Shown: one piece after another, positions 48,345 to 58,229 of the stretch
Layout: the number at the start of each line of letters is the position of its first letter
How positions within the stretch are numbered: the first letter of the stretch is position 1
Source of the DNA: Azolla caroliniana
Lineage: Eukaryota > Plantae > Polypodiophyta
Direction of reading: 5' to 3'
DNA: 64,000 nt
NCBI GenBank assembly: GCA_043228905.1
Contig: JBHGNT010000003.1
Span: 22,134,001-22,198,000 of the forward strand
Notes under the pieces: generated by a model
The model's database searches: none
What the model was told of the DNA's origin: nothing
What the model saw: the letters and a program-made list of their open reading frames with translations, nothing else
Translations under genes and position numbers: made by a program

Positions 48345-50730
48345 CAGTCTTGTAAATTTTGTACGTGTCAATGGAGGAACATATGTAATCTTTACAAATC
48401 AGTCAAACCTGCATTTGCATTCGTTTAATAATACCTTAATGTTTTGTTCCAACCTGCTGCCTATGTGAAGGATGATTTCTTTGATTCTCTATCATCCAAT
48501 AACTTACTTAGAGCTTTAGCTATCTGTGTCTTTAATTAAAGCTATTAATAATTGTTATAAAAACATAGAAATTTTTTACTGTTTTTACCAAGGTTACTAT
48601 TGATGCTTCTGCAAATACCAATGTTATAGTTGCTATAACGTGTATATAAGATCTGTTTCTTATATGCAAAAATTCTGATGAAAACCTGTTTAGGGAGTCA
48701 ACCAGGGTATTTGCTGAAATCATAACTGCTCAGGGGTATTTCGTTGGTTTTTTTCTTTTTCTTTTTCATATGAAAAATGTGTTAGGGAAAGACCCGGACA
48801 ACCCGTGGATGTCCCTCAATTTGAATTCTTTCTAGTACTGTCCGATCTTTGTTTGACTCCCTGAAACTGGGATTTAATCAAAATATAATGGAAATTTGAG
48901 ATTAGAAAATGAAAGGAATAATCCAGTCGAACACTTTTGTTTTTTAACCAGACCTTCGGTAAATTCTCTTTAAGACATCATGGTGGACGTGGTGGCTTCC
49001 GAGGTGGAAATAGAGGAGGGCTACTATGGAGGAGGAAGAGTAAATGGATATGGAGGACGAGGAAGGAGTACCTCACGGTATCCACAATCTTACAAATGCA
49101 TGCAACCAATTACAGCACAATACCACATCTTACTTCTAAATTTCAGCAACATGATTTCACTAATTTCCGTTGTTTACATTTCACTTTTCTTTTCGAACTA
49201 TTATGATTTAGTTTTTTTGGTTCGTCCTGATTTTTATCTCACGACCTTTTTTTTGTTTGTCATGATGTTAATCTCCATGACCTCTAGAAACTATTACATC
49301 TTTTAGATTTGCAAATAGGGGGCTGTTTATAATGTTTTTTTTCAGGTCTCTCACCAAATAAAAGTCAGATCTAAGTTTTGATCTCCCTTGTCCATGTTTA
49401 ATTAAGCTTTTTATGACCAGCCTAAAGGAGAATTGATAACTTCAGTTTCCCTTAATCATGTTTTTGAGCTTTCCAGGTCTGGCAAATACTTGTCAGGATT
49501 ATGATTCACCTACCTATTGTTTAGGTATTGTGTAAACAGTTAAAACAGCTGGGTATCAGTGAATATATATGTGCTTCTGCAATATAAACGAATCGAAAGA
49601 TTACGGATTTGTTTTCTGTTTGTTAAAATTTCCTTCTGTTAACCAGTGAGAATTTAATTTTGTGTGAGGTAATAATTGTAGGAGATCTTAGGGACCTCAG
49701 CTTTATGTGGGGTAGAAAGTATGTGTCCAAAGTGAAAAGCTTTTCAGGAATATGGAAGTGTTAAGCTAATGACGTGGTTACAGTTGCACAATAAAAATTG
49801 AAATACCAAGATAATATGTCAATGGGAAAGATGGTATGGATATAGGTTTTTGTTTTTTGTTAGATGTCTCTTTGGAGGGTGAATGTTTTAATCTGATGTG
49901 GAAAATCTATCTAGGATGAAGCTCTTTCAGGAATGTGAGGGTACATGTATAGAAGTGTGAAGCTAATTATGTGGCAGGGGTACCAGAACAGTAAATGTTG
50001 AAATACCAAGATGCTTGTGTAGTATATCAATCAGAAAGATTATATGGCAATACGTTTTAGTTTGTTTCCTTGTTCTCGTTTATTCATTGGCTTTGTTTAT
50101 ATATTTCTCTCAAATGTGGTCTCGCACTTTTAAATATCCCCTCATTGGAGGGTAAATGAACTAACGAATTGTTCGTGTTGCCCTCGAACTAGCAAATATA
50201 CACTTGCCATATAGATTCCTTAGTCTTATGATGAATTCCATTAATGTCTGTACGGATATTTTTTTAACATCCACAACAAAGATCATTACAGATATAGATA
50301 TTGGAACAATGATCTATAATTATGTAATTAATTTATGCATGAAAATGTTACTATTTAGTGGAATCTATAAAGATGATTAATGCTGGAGCCAGAAAGAGAA
50401 GGAATTGCTGGCCATACTCTTAAATTTTAATATAAAAATGGAATAAATTATAATAACTCTTGACTTTTAGTAGCCTGACTTAGTAACACTTGAACACTTG
50501 ATTGTATTTAGCCTTAATACAAGTTGGTTAACTACTTGATTAGGCAAACTGGGAAACCATTTAATAATAGTTAAAAAGTTCAGTTCTGGCTTGAGCTAAA
50601 CCGTTACTGACTCCTAGGTAATGCCACATTTTGTTGTAGTATATGTACTATGTTCAGAGTGAGTTATATGGATTGAGAGGAATTATTTAATAAGAGATTA
50701 GTTATTTAGATCTCATGATTTGTCGACTTC
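48345..50730 (+). pseudogene. Duplicated DCP5 3' segment, copy 2 (truncated exon 7, exon 8 and 3' flank)
   Basis: Homologous to 38450-41200. Exon 8 keeps its CCAG acceptor (~48951) but has an indel in the RGG tract and has lost the stop. Confidence 0.85.
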
Positions 50731-50802
50731 GGCACAAACTATACATCAACTTCGACATCATCAATCCACTCTTCATTCAGCCCAAAATCCGTGAACCTTT
50801 CC

Positions 50803-51022
50803 TTCGCAGCAAAACCGAGCATTGGGCCATAGGTAATGTAACTCATTTGGCAACTATAATTCTTGAAAACATTTCTTTGTATTTTAAACCATTTGTAACC
50901 ATTCCTTGCATTCTTGTCCCTACCTTTCATCGCAGCAAAACCGAGCATTGGGCCATAGGTAATGTAACTATAATTCTTGAAAATATTTCTTTGTATTTAC
51001 CATTTGTAACCATTCCTTGCAT
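50803..51022. repeat. Imperfect tandem duplication of a ~125-bp unit
   Basis: CGCAGCAAAACCGAGCATTGGGCCATAGGTAATGTAACT...CATTTGTAACCATTCCTTGCAT occurs twice. Confidence 0.8.
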
Positions 51023-51735
51023 ACTTTTACCTAAGAAGGGGAATATATTATTATAAGAGAATTGGTGGATGCTATCTAGAGAGAGGGAGAGTAAGAGAGC
51101 AAAGTTTATTTTTTTTCCAAAAAATAAAGAGAGCAAAGTTGAGTGTGTAATTGGAGAAAGAAGAATAATTTCCTCAATTCGAGCTTAAGCTTTGTAAGCT
51201 CCCTTGAGTCAAGCGTAAGATTACTCAAGTTGATCCTAAGGTTTCTTCACTTGGGCCTAAGTTCTCTTCGATTTGGGCCTATGCTTCCTCGATTCAAGCC
51301 TGAAGCTTTTGTCAACTGGAGCTGAAACTATCCTCGATTCAAGTCTTACTTTGAGTTGAATAAAATCCTCAATCCTGACAATGATATTGCACAAAGAAAA
51401 ATAGAGGATAAAATTACTCAATAAGCCCATGAAGGGGTTTAAAAGTCCCCTCTCATAACATCATGCTTTCCAATCTGATTGTGAGTAAAAAAACCTCCAG
51501 CCATTCCACCTATAACATGACAAATGATGGGGAAAAACCTCCAACCATTCCAAGCAAAAAACAAAATCATTGTTTTATCGTAACGCAAAAGTAATTGTTT
51601 ATATAAATAAGTATGCAAGCGTTTAATCAAGAATTACAGAGAAATTTCCATTAACATTTGCAAGTCCTAGGCATTTCAAACCAATGGGATCCTTCTTGCC
51701 TTCTGTTTTTCAAAGCTCCTTGAGTAGGGCAGAAT

Positions 51736-54700
51736 TTAATCTAGCGGGAATGGTGTCTGTTCTCGATAGTGTTTGTCACACAACCATGCAACCTGAATAT
51801 TACTACTTGACTCCTTGTAGGTGGCACGCTTGAGATGAAACTTATCGGATATGATTTCGTTCGTGACACCCCCGTATTTGTCCTTTAATATTGATGCCAA
51901 GCATTTCTGCCATTCTATGGAAGACTGCAATATTGTTGGCCGGACATGAGAAATGCTTGATGATGGTGCAGGTAAAGGGTAATTTTTTGGCAATTTAAGT
52001 TGGGCAAATGAATGATCTTGTATAAAACCACCTGCAATGGGAATGACAGAGTTAATGCCGAGCTTAGCAGCTGTAGTCAATATCCAAACTAAACCATTAA
52101 CATATGGAAGAGCTCTCTCCAGCCCCTCTCTAAGAGGTTCTGACAAAGAAGTAATTGTGATGCCACGTTGGTTTTCCACTGGGTGGGGGGACATTCTGTC
52201 CTCGCAACAGAGCTGAACTCTCACATATGAAATATGGCCTCCTGATAGCTTGGTCACCTGCTTCCTTATATTGTTCACACCATCACCATCACTAGTAGTA
52301 GTAAGGATGGCGAAACGAGGTAGCTGTTTCTCAGCTTCAGACTCCACCACAAACTTCAGTAACTTGTCTACAGCTTTTCCAACCTTGCTCACCACATCTT
52401 CCCTCATAACTTTAAGCTCGCTGTGTATTTCATCCAGCTTCTTATGCACGCTTAAGATCTCTCTCACAAACATTATCTTCATCGAATCAAATTTAGGCCC
52501 TAAGGCCCGCTTAACTGCCATTGCTGTTCTCTCGCAATCGTCGTCTTGCATATCGACATCTTGGCTACATAATTCCGAGGTAGTCATTGTCACACTACAA
52601 TGGCTCTCATGTTGGGCTCTGTATCCATCGACATCATCCATCTCCAACAATATATCCTTCACCTCCTCCAGCCATGCTTTATAAGACATGACTACCTCCC
52701 GGTAATTCTTGGAGCCAATGATATCAATGAAGGAGTTTGTTGTATATGTATCCAAATACTTTGTTTTCTTCCAAACATGACATTCTTGCTCACCTTGCTC
52801 AAGCTGTCTCCTCAACTTTTCCTTCAAAATAGTCATTTTCACACATTGATCCTCCCTATGTTCAGCCATCGATGGGTCATCGAAAGAGTTAGGCCGAATA
52901 ACACTGTCGATTAACTTAACCCCTTGGATACCAGTGGGTTGTGCACATATTTTGATCACGTAGTTGATGACATTCTCTTCAACGTAGTCTAAATTGCCTT
53001 TCATAAATGTTTGTTGAGTATTAGGTTTTGGCGCCCGAATTAACACATCTATCACATGGTCTGATTTTGCTTTACAGAAGACCATGATGATCTCCATGTT
53101 TCGCAAATAGATGGAAATGAAATCTTTGCCAAGGTTGATATCAACATTACCCTCTTCTTGGAAAGTATTGTTAAATACCACTTGAATCCTTGGGAACAAT
53201 CCTGGTGTAAGGAAGGTGAGGTTTGCGTTTTCACATTCTAGTCTTCTACCCATATACACATATGGATTACAACTATCTGAAGTGTTTGTGTTTGAGGTTC
53301 TCCATTTGAGTCGTTGATCCATACCAACAAACAATCCTTTTCCAATGGGATCTAATATCAATGTGGTTGGGATAAAGAGCTTATCCATATTCTTGGTTGA
53401 CTTTTCATGGTTATCGGGAACCTTGCAACAAAGGTGCATTGCTTCCATCAAATCTACCAACAAAGACCCCTTCACTTCATCTTTGGTGACAAGTTCCAAA
53501 GTGTCTTCTAGGAAACGTCGATTCGTAAATCCATTAATTTTCATGAGATTCAATTTTTCCTTGTGATCTCGAAAATGAATCAAGCTTCCCATGATTTTAT
53601 TGCAAAACCAATTGGGATCAAGGACGATATGTGATATATTGTTTACATATATGATGGTCCCCGACTCATTCAACGATGAGGCGATTCCTCGTAATATTTT
53701 GGCTTCGTCCTCATTTAAATTGAGACGAAATATAGGCTTGCAGATTTCCCTAAACTTGGACCATGTAATGATTCGTTGGTTAGATGTCTCCAAATGCTTT
53801 GATAGATGTTGGCCTACCTCTGTGCAGATATCATAAACCATAACACCTTGAAGCATTTGCTCAGCGATGCCAAAGATATGTTCGGAGAGACCTCTGACTG
53901 AATTCATCTTTCTTGCATCCACTTCGAAAGTGGTGTCTTCTATGTGAATGATCTCTTCAAACTCAGATCGAAGTGACCCAATTGTATTTGACACGGCACT
54001 TGCAATGAGCTTCATTTGATCGGCGCGGGTGAATACTACAATCACTTTAAGAGGAGTCTTGGATTTGCGGGTTTTAGAGGCAAGGAACTTGAGCCAATAC
54101 CTGAAGCTCACTTCAAATTCTTGCTCTGTTTTCTCTTCCGGCCCTGCTCTGCTGTTTTGGCTCTTCCTGGGACTCCACACAAACATGAATAAAGATGGGG
54201 CTTGGTAAGAGCTGGATGCAATGTCTGGGAGCATACAGTCATGGAATGCGTGGAATTCCTCTTGACCTGCCATGTCCCACAACGAGAGCCGAATCCTATC
54301 GTTTTGTATGGTCCGAACCTCGATTCCTTTCGTGCGATCCCTAGACTGGATTAATAATGTACCTCCACCACCAGTCAGAACCCTTATTAACTTGTCTCTT
54401 TTGCGCTGCCCTGCGTTGATGGAGTGCATGGTGGATAGCAGGGTAGTCTTCCCCGCATATGCATCTCCACAGATGAACAGTCGCATGGACTTGGCGGGAA
54501 CTTTCTCAAGATCTCCCAACATGAACAGGCTCCGATTCCTCTTGAGCTGTGCTTCAATGGCGGGATCCATCTCCACTCGATCGGACATCTTGAGCTCAAA
54601 GAACGGAAGGCCGGACCCAGAGAGTGCATCGATCACCGCGGCAATTACAGAGGGTGTTGGGTCTAATCTTCCTCCTAAGGAAAGACTGTATAATCGAGGA

Positions 54701-55659
54701 GGATTAGCATATGGAGCAGAGGGGCTGCCAGCTGTGTCGCTGCTCGTCTTCTTCTTCTTCTTCTTCAGAGATGATGGTACCAGCTGCTCCATCCAATCGA
54801 TTATCTCCTCGTTTTCTATTTCGTTGTTAGCTTCTAGAGTGAGCTCTTTGAGGTGCGTCCAGTGCTGCACGAAACCTGTGATCCCCCTACTCCAATTGAT
54901 GGATCCGACAAATATGATGTACAGTCTCTGGAGAGAGGCCCGGAGGGGGGAATGTGAGGGATGAAGGTCCGCCAATTTCCCAACGAAATTTTGGGAAACA
55001 TACCAATTATGAAGGTGGAGGCTAATGAGGGATGTGAATTGACCTAACACCTCAACGCATTCATCCCTAATATGGCATTCCTGCAGGGAGAGATGCGTGA
55101 GGGCCTTGCTTTTCTTGAGGGCACTCAGAGTATCGTAAGGGTCGAACAGATAGCTTTTGATGAGGAGGCTCCTGGGGGTGGCATCATGATCTGCAGCGTC
55201 AGACAGGGCCTCCACCCAAGCCTTCTTTTCTTCTACGGTGACCACACGATCTAGATCCAGCAGTAGATGGACTGCTCCCCTGCTAAAACTGGCGGCAGCC
55301 TGGAGGTAGTCCAGTCTCTGGTTCGCAGTGGCATACCCCAAATCAAGCATTATGTCTCTGCTCCCCCACTCTCGTCGTTCTTCTTCTTCTTCTTCTTCTT
55401 CATATTCGTCGGGGTGCCAATAATCTATTTTGTGATATTCACGATAGTTGATGAAGAAGAGGTTCTGAACATTAGACACCTGAATGAGGTGAGAGAGCGG
55501 ATTCAAGACATTGAGAGCCGCTCTGGATTTCTCGCACGCTGCAAGAACTTCCTCTGTCCTCCACTTCTTAAAGATGAGGCGGTGAGGTGGCGGAAGGTTC
55601 TCGTACTCATGAGGCTGGGATGATGATGATGATGATGATGATGATAATGCAGCCGCCAT
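51736..55659 (-). CDS. TORNADO1-like Roco protein (degenerate LRRs, Roc GTPase, COR, coiled coil, C-terminal domain), intronless, ~1307 aa
   Basis: 1356-aa ORF whose likely start is MAAALSSS at 55659. Motifs: P-loop GDAYAGKTT, switch RTKGIEV, G3 LWDMAGQEEFHAFH, G4 VFTRAD, COR IVLDPNWF and LMEAMHLC, C-terminal VAWLCDKH. Confidence 0.92.
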   Translation of the reverse strand: MAAALSSSSSSSSSQPHEYENLPPPHRLIFKKWRTEEVLAACEKSRAALNVLNPLSHLIQVSNVQNLFFINYREYHKIDYWHPDEYEEEEEEEERREWGSRDIMLDLGYATANQRLDYLQAAASFSRGAVHLLLDLDRVVTVEEKKAWVEALSDAADHDATPRSLLIKSYLFDPYDTLSALKKSKALTHLSLQECHIRDECVEVLGQFTSLISLHLHNWYVSQNFVGKLADLHPSHSPLRASLQRLYIIFVGSINWSRGITGFVQHWTHLKELTLEANNEIENEEIIDWMEQLVPSSLKKKKKKTSSDTAGSPSAPYANPPRLYSLSLGGRLDPTPSVIAAVIDALSGSGLPFFELKMSDRVEMDPAIEAQLKRNRSLFMLGDLEKVPAKSMRLFICGDAYAGKTTLLSTMHSINAGQRKRDKLIRVLTGGGGTLLIQSRDRTKGIEVRTIQNDRIRLSLWDMAGQEEFHAFHDCMLPDIASSSYQAPSLFMFVWSPRKSQNSRAGPEEKTEQEFEVSFRYWLKFLASKTRKSKTPLKVIVVFTRADQMKLIASAVSNTIGSLRSEFEEIIHIEDTTFEVDARKMNSVRGLSEHIFGIAEQMLQGVMVYDICTEVGQHLSKHLETSNQRIITWSKFREICKPIFRLNLNEDEAKILRGIASSLNESGTIIYVNNISHIVLDPNWFCNKIMGSLIHFRDHKEKLNLMKINGFTNRRFLEDTLELVTKDEVKGSLLVDLMEAMHLCCKVPDNHEKSTKNMDKLFIPTTLILDPIGKGLFVGMDQRLKWRTSNTNTSDSCNPYVYMGRRLECENANLTFLTPGLFPRIQVVFNNTFQEEGNVDINLGKDFISIYLRNMEIIMVFCKAKSDHVIDVLIRAPKPNTQQTFMKGNLDYVEENVINYVIKICAQPTGIQGVKLIDSVIRPNSFDDPSMAEHREDQCVKMTILKEKLRRQLEQGEQECHVWKKTKYLDTYTTNSFIDIIGSKNYREVVMSYKAWLEEVKDILLEMDDVDGYRAQHESHCSVTMTTSELCSQDVDMQDDDCERTAMAVKRALGPKFDSMKIMFVREILSVHKKLDEIHSELKVMREDVVSKVGKAVDKLLKFVVESEAEKQLPRFAILTTTSDGDGVNNIRKQVTKLSGGHISYVRVQLCCEDRMSPHPVENQRGITITSLSEPLREGLERALPYVNGLVWILTTAAKLGINSVIPIAGGFIQDHSFAQLKLPKNYPLPAPSSSISHVRPTILQSSIEWQKCLASILKDKYGGVTNEIISDKFHLKRATYKESSSNIQVAWLCDKHYREQTPFPLD

Positions 55660-55699
55660 GTAATTGATACTAACAGATGTATGAATAATAATAATAATA

Positions 55700-56730
55700 A
55701 TAATCAATGATTTGGGAATCAACCAAACCAATTCAATCAAGAGAATAATCAATGGGAAACTGATGAAGGTGTGTACGTACCAATCCGAAACTGATGAAGG
55801 CGCCAAACCTTCAAGTCACTAATTTGACTGCAGACAGTCCAAACGGGTAGATACTTTAATACTGACCGCTTATGCTAGTTGCAGAGCAGCAGTGCGCAGA
55901 TGGGGAATAGTAAGCTTTTTGACCTTCATTCCAATCCATTTGTTAATAATTTCAAGTTGGCATCAAGCAAACTAGGAAATGGAAAAGCATTATTCCAATC
56001 CATTTAAGTGTAAATTACGCCAGAAGATAAGAGTTATCGTCGATTCTTAGTGTACAGATTATTCTGTCTTGTTTTCCTGATGTTACTAATTACAAAGCTG
56101 CTATGGCCATTGGGTGTGATATTCTCACCTTTTTAAATGTGTACTGGAATGATGCAGCCTACTCATCCACAGCTAGATCCTATTGGAATGCTATGGATCC
56201 TCAAGGATATCATGTAATTATAATAATCATGTTATTATGAGGACGCTATATATTCACTCAGATCAAATAATCAAGAGAATCAGCGTTATGTTAACTTGAG
56301 AAAGCAATCAAGCTTTTATACATACATACTTGCAAGTGCAGTGGCAGAATAGATTGGATGCGTGCTGGATGAAAAGAATAGGAGTTTTGACATTAAACCA
56401 TTTCAATATAAATAAGACTTAAGAGTTATTAATAATTGTCTATAAAGCCTGAAAAGGCGGTATATTTATTGAAGGCAAATCTAAGTGACATACAACACAA
56501 TGAGGGCATTAATTATTACAAATTTGAGCGCAGAGTGGGCGGGCTAATGGAGGATGTCTCACTCCTATAATATGAGAGATGGGCGATTAGTCATTATATT
56601 ATAGAATAACAGCCGTGAACATGTTGAGAATGACGAGTGTGGGGTTGAGAGGAACTATTTAATAAGCTAGCATCAATATAAGTCAACTTCTAAATCACTC
56701 AGCAAGCATGTATTTGTTTTGTCAAGACTT
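55700..56730. repeat. Roco upstream block, duplicated at ~45120-45635 and ~58770-59780
   Basis: Shared segments such as CTTCAAGT.ACT..TTTG.CTGCAGACA, GGAATGATGCA...CATCCACA.CTA.ATCCTATT and GAGTGTGGGGTTGAGAGGAACTATTTAA. Confidence 0.85.
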
Positions 56731-57559
56731 ACGTATAAATCTCAAATACCTATAGGTATATGATATCAATAGAGAAGAACTTTATTTACAAAAACCACAA
56801 TTTTTTGAAGATCCAAGTCATCCAACACATGTTTGTCGACTTCGTAAATCTATTTACGGCCTTAAGCAATCTCCACGTATATGGTATCATAAACTACACT
56901 CTTTTCTTATAAAAGTTGGATATCATCGTCTAAACAATGAGCCAATTTTATATGTTAGGAAAGCCAAATCCAATTTTGTTATCATAGGTGTCTATGCTGA
57001 TGATTTGCCCTTGATCTCTAATTCCAAATCTTATCTAACTATTGCACAGAAGGAACTTGCATATGTCTTTCCTATCACCGATTTAGACTCTATGACACAT
57101 TTTCTAGGCATCAAAATAACTCAAAATAGAACAAATCATACTATCTCATTATCACAATCAAATTATATTAATTCTATCCTCCAAAGATTTGATATGCTCC
57201 ATAGTAAGCCTATTAGTACTCCTCTTACCTCTCCATGTAAACGTTCAAATGACGATTCTCCCAAAAATGAACGAGAAATTTCCGAAATGAAGATGTACCC
57301 TATAAACAAATCCTTGGGTGTATAAGATATCTAGTAAGTTGCTTTGCCGCCAGTTTTCTTTTTTCGTTTCATGGCTAATCCACGACCAAAGCATTGGATC
57401 GCGCTGAAAAGATTACTACGATACTTGAAGCATACTCAACATTATGCGCTGACTTACTCGGCCACACAATCTGAGTCAACCACAGTTGTGCAAGGGTGGA
57501 CAAATCCCTCTAGCCAACTAATTGGTTGGTCGGTGGGGGGAGATGCGGACGATCACAAG

Positions 57560-57857
57560 TCAATAGGAGGACAACACTGGCCCAAATGAAAGTGAGAGTA
57601 CCAATGTGGATTGCAAGCTTTTCAAGAATAGCCAGGTCCAAGGCAAAGTTGTTGAGTTTGTTCTCAGGGTCCCCATCGGATGGAACAACATGAGTAAATA
57701 GAGGAAAGGAAGAGGAGGTAGGGGTAGTGGCAGATGTACGGATGTTAATGGCAAGGGAAGAAGAGGAGGGCTTATCTCTACCGCCATCAGTGGCAGTGGC
57801 AGATGTAAGGATGTTAATGGCATTATCCTCACAACTAACCTTATTCTCCCTGGCCAT
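57560..57857 (-). pseudogene. Captured 5' fragment of a plant ARM-repeat/BLE2-like membrane protein gene
   Basis: PENKLNNFALDLAILEKLAIHIGTLTFIWASVVLL resembles the family motif PEKKLTLFALRLAVLEKAASGLGTLGFIWATVVLLGG (recalled from memory, not searched). Confidence 0.65.
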
Positions 57858-57969
57858 TCTTCTCCTGTTCCTCTCTACTCTCTAGGTGGGCTTGGATGGT
57901 AGGATGCATGTGACTTGAATGTCAACTGTAGAATTTGGTAACTATACAAATAGAGAATGACACCATACT

Positions 57970-58229
57970 GTTTCCTTGCATGTCACGAGCTAATCTAGAC
58001 ACTCTGTCGCAAGCTAATCTAGACACCCATACGGTTTCCTTGCATGTCACAAGCTAATCTAGACACTCTGTCACAAGCTAATCTAGACACCCATACAGGT
58101 GCCTTGCATGTCACAAGCTAATCTAGACACCCATACGGTTTCCTTGCGTGTCACAAGCTAATCTAGACACCCGTACGGTTTTCTTGCATGTCACAAGCTA
58201 ATCTAGACACCCATACGGTTTCCTTGCAT
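57970..58229. repeat. Minisatellite of 39-bp and 22-bp units
   Basis: GTTTCCTTGCATGTCACAAGCTAATCTAGACACCCATACG plus the shorter GTCACAAGCTAATCTAGACACTCT; 7 core copies. Confidence 0.9.

Noticed and set aside
52250-55623. Plus-strand ORFs of up to 230 aa overlapping the Roco gene
   Set aside because: Antisense shadows of the long coding frame.
55660-55806. N-terminal 49-aa hydrophobic extension of the Roco ORF (signal or TM-like)
   Set aside because: It starts at TTG, the Ile run comes from an (AAT)n microsatellite, and the paralog has an in-frame stop just upstream of the equivalent ATG.
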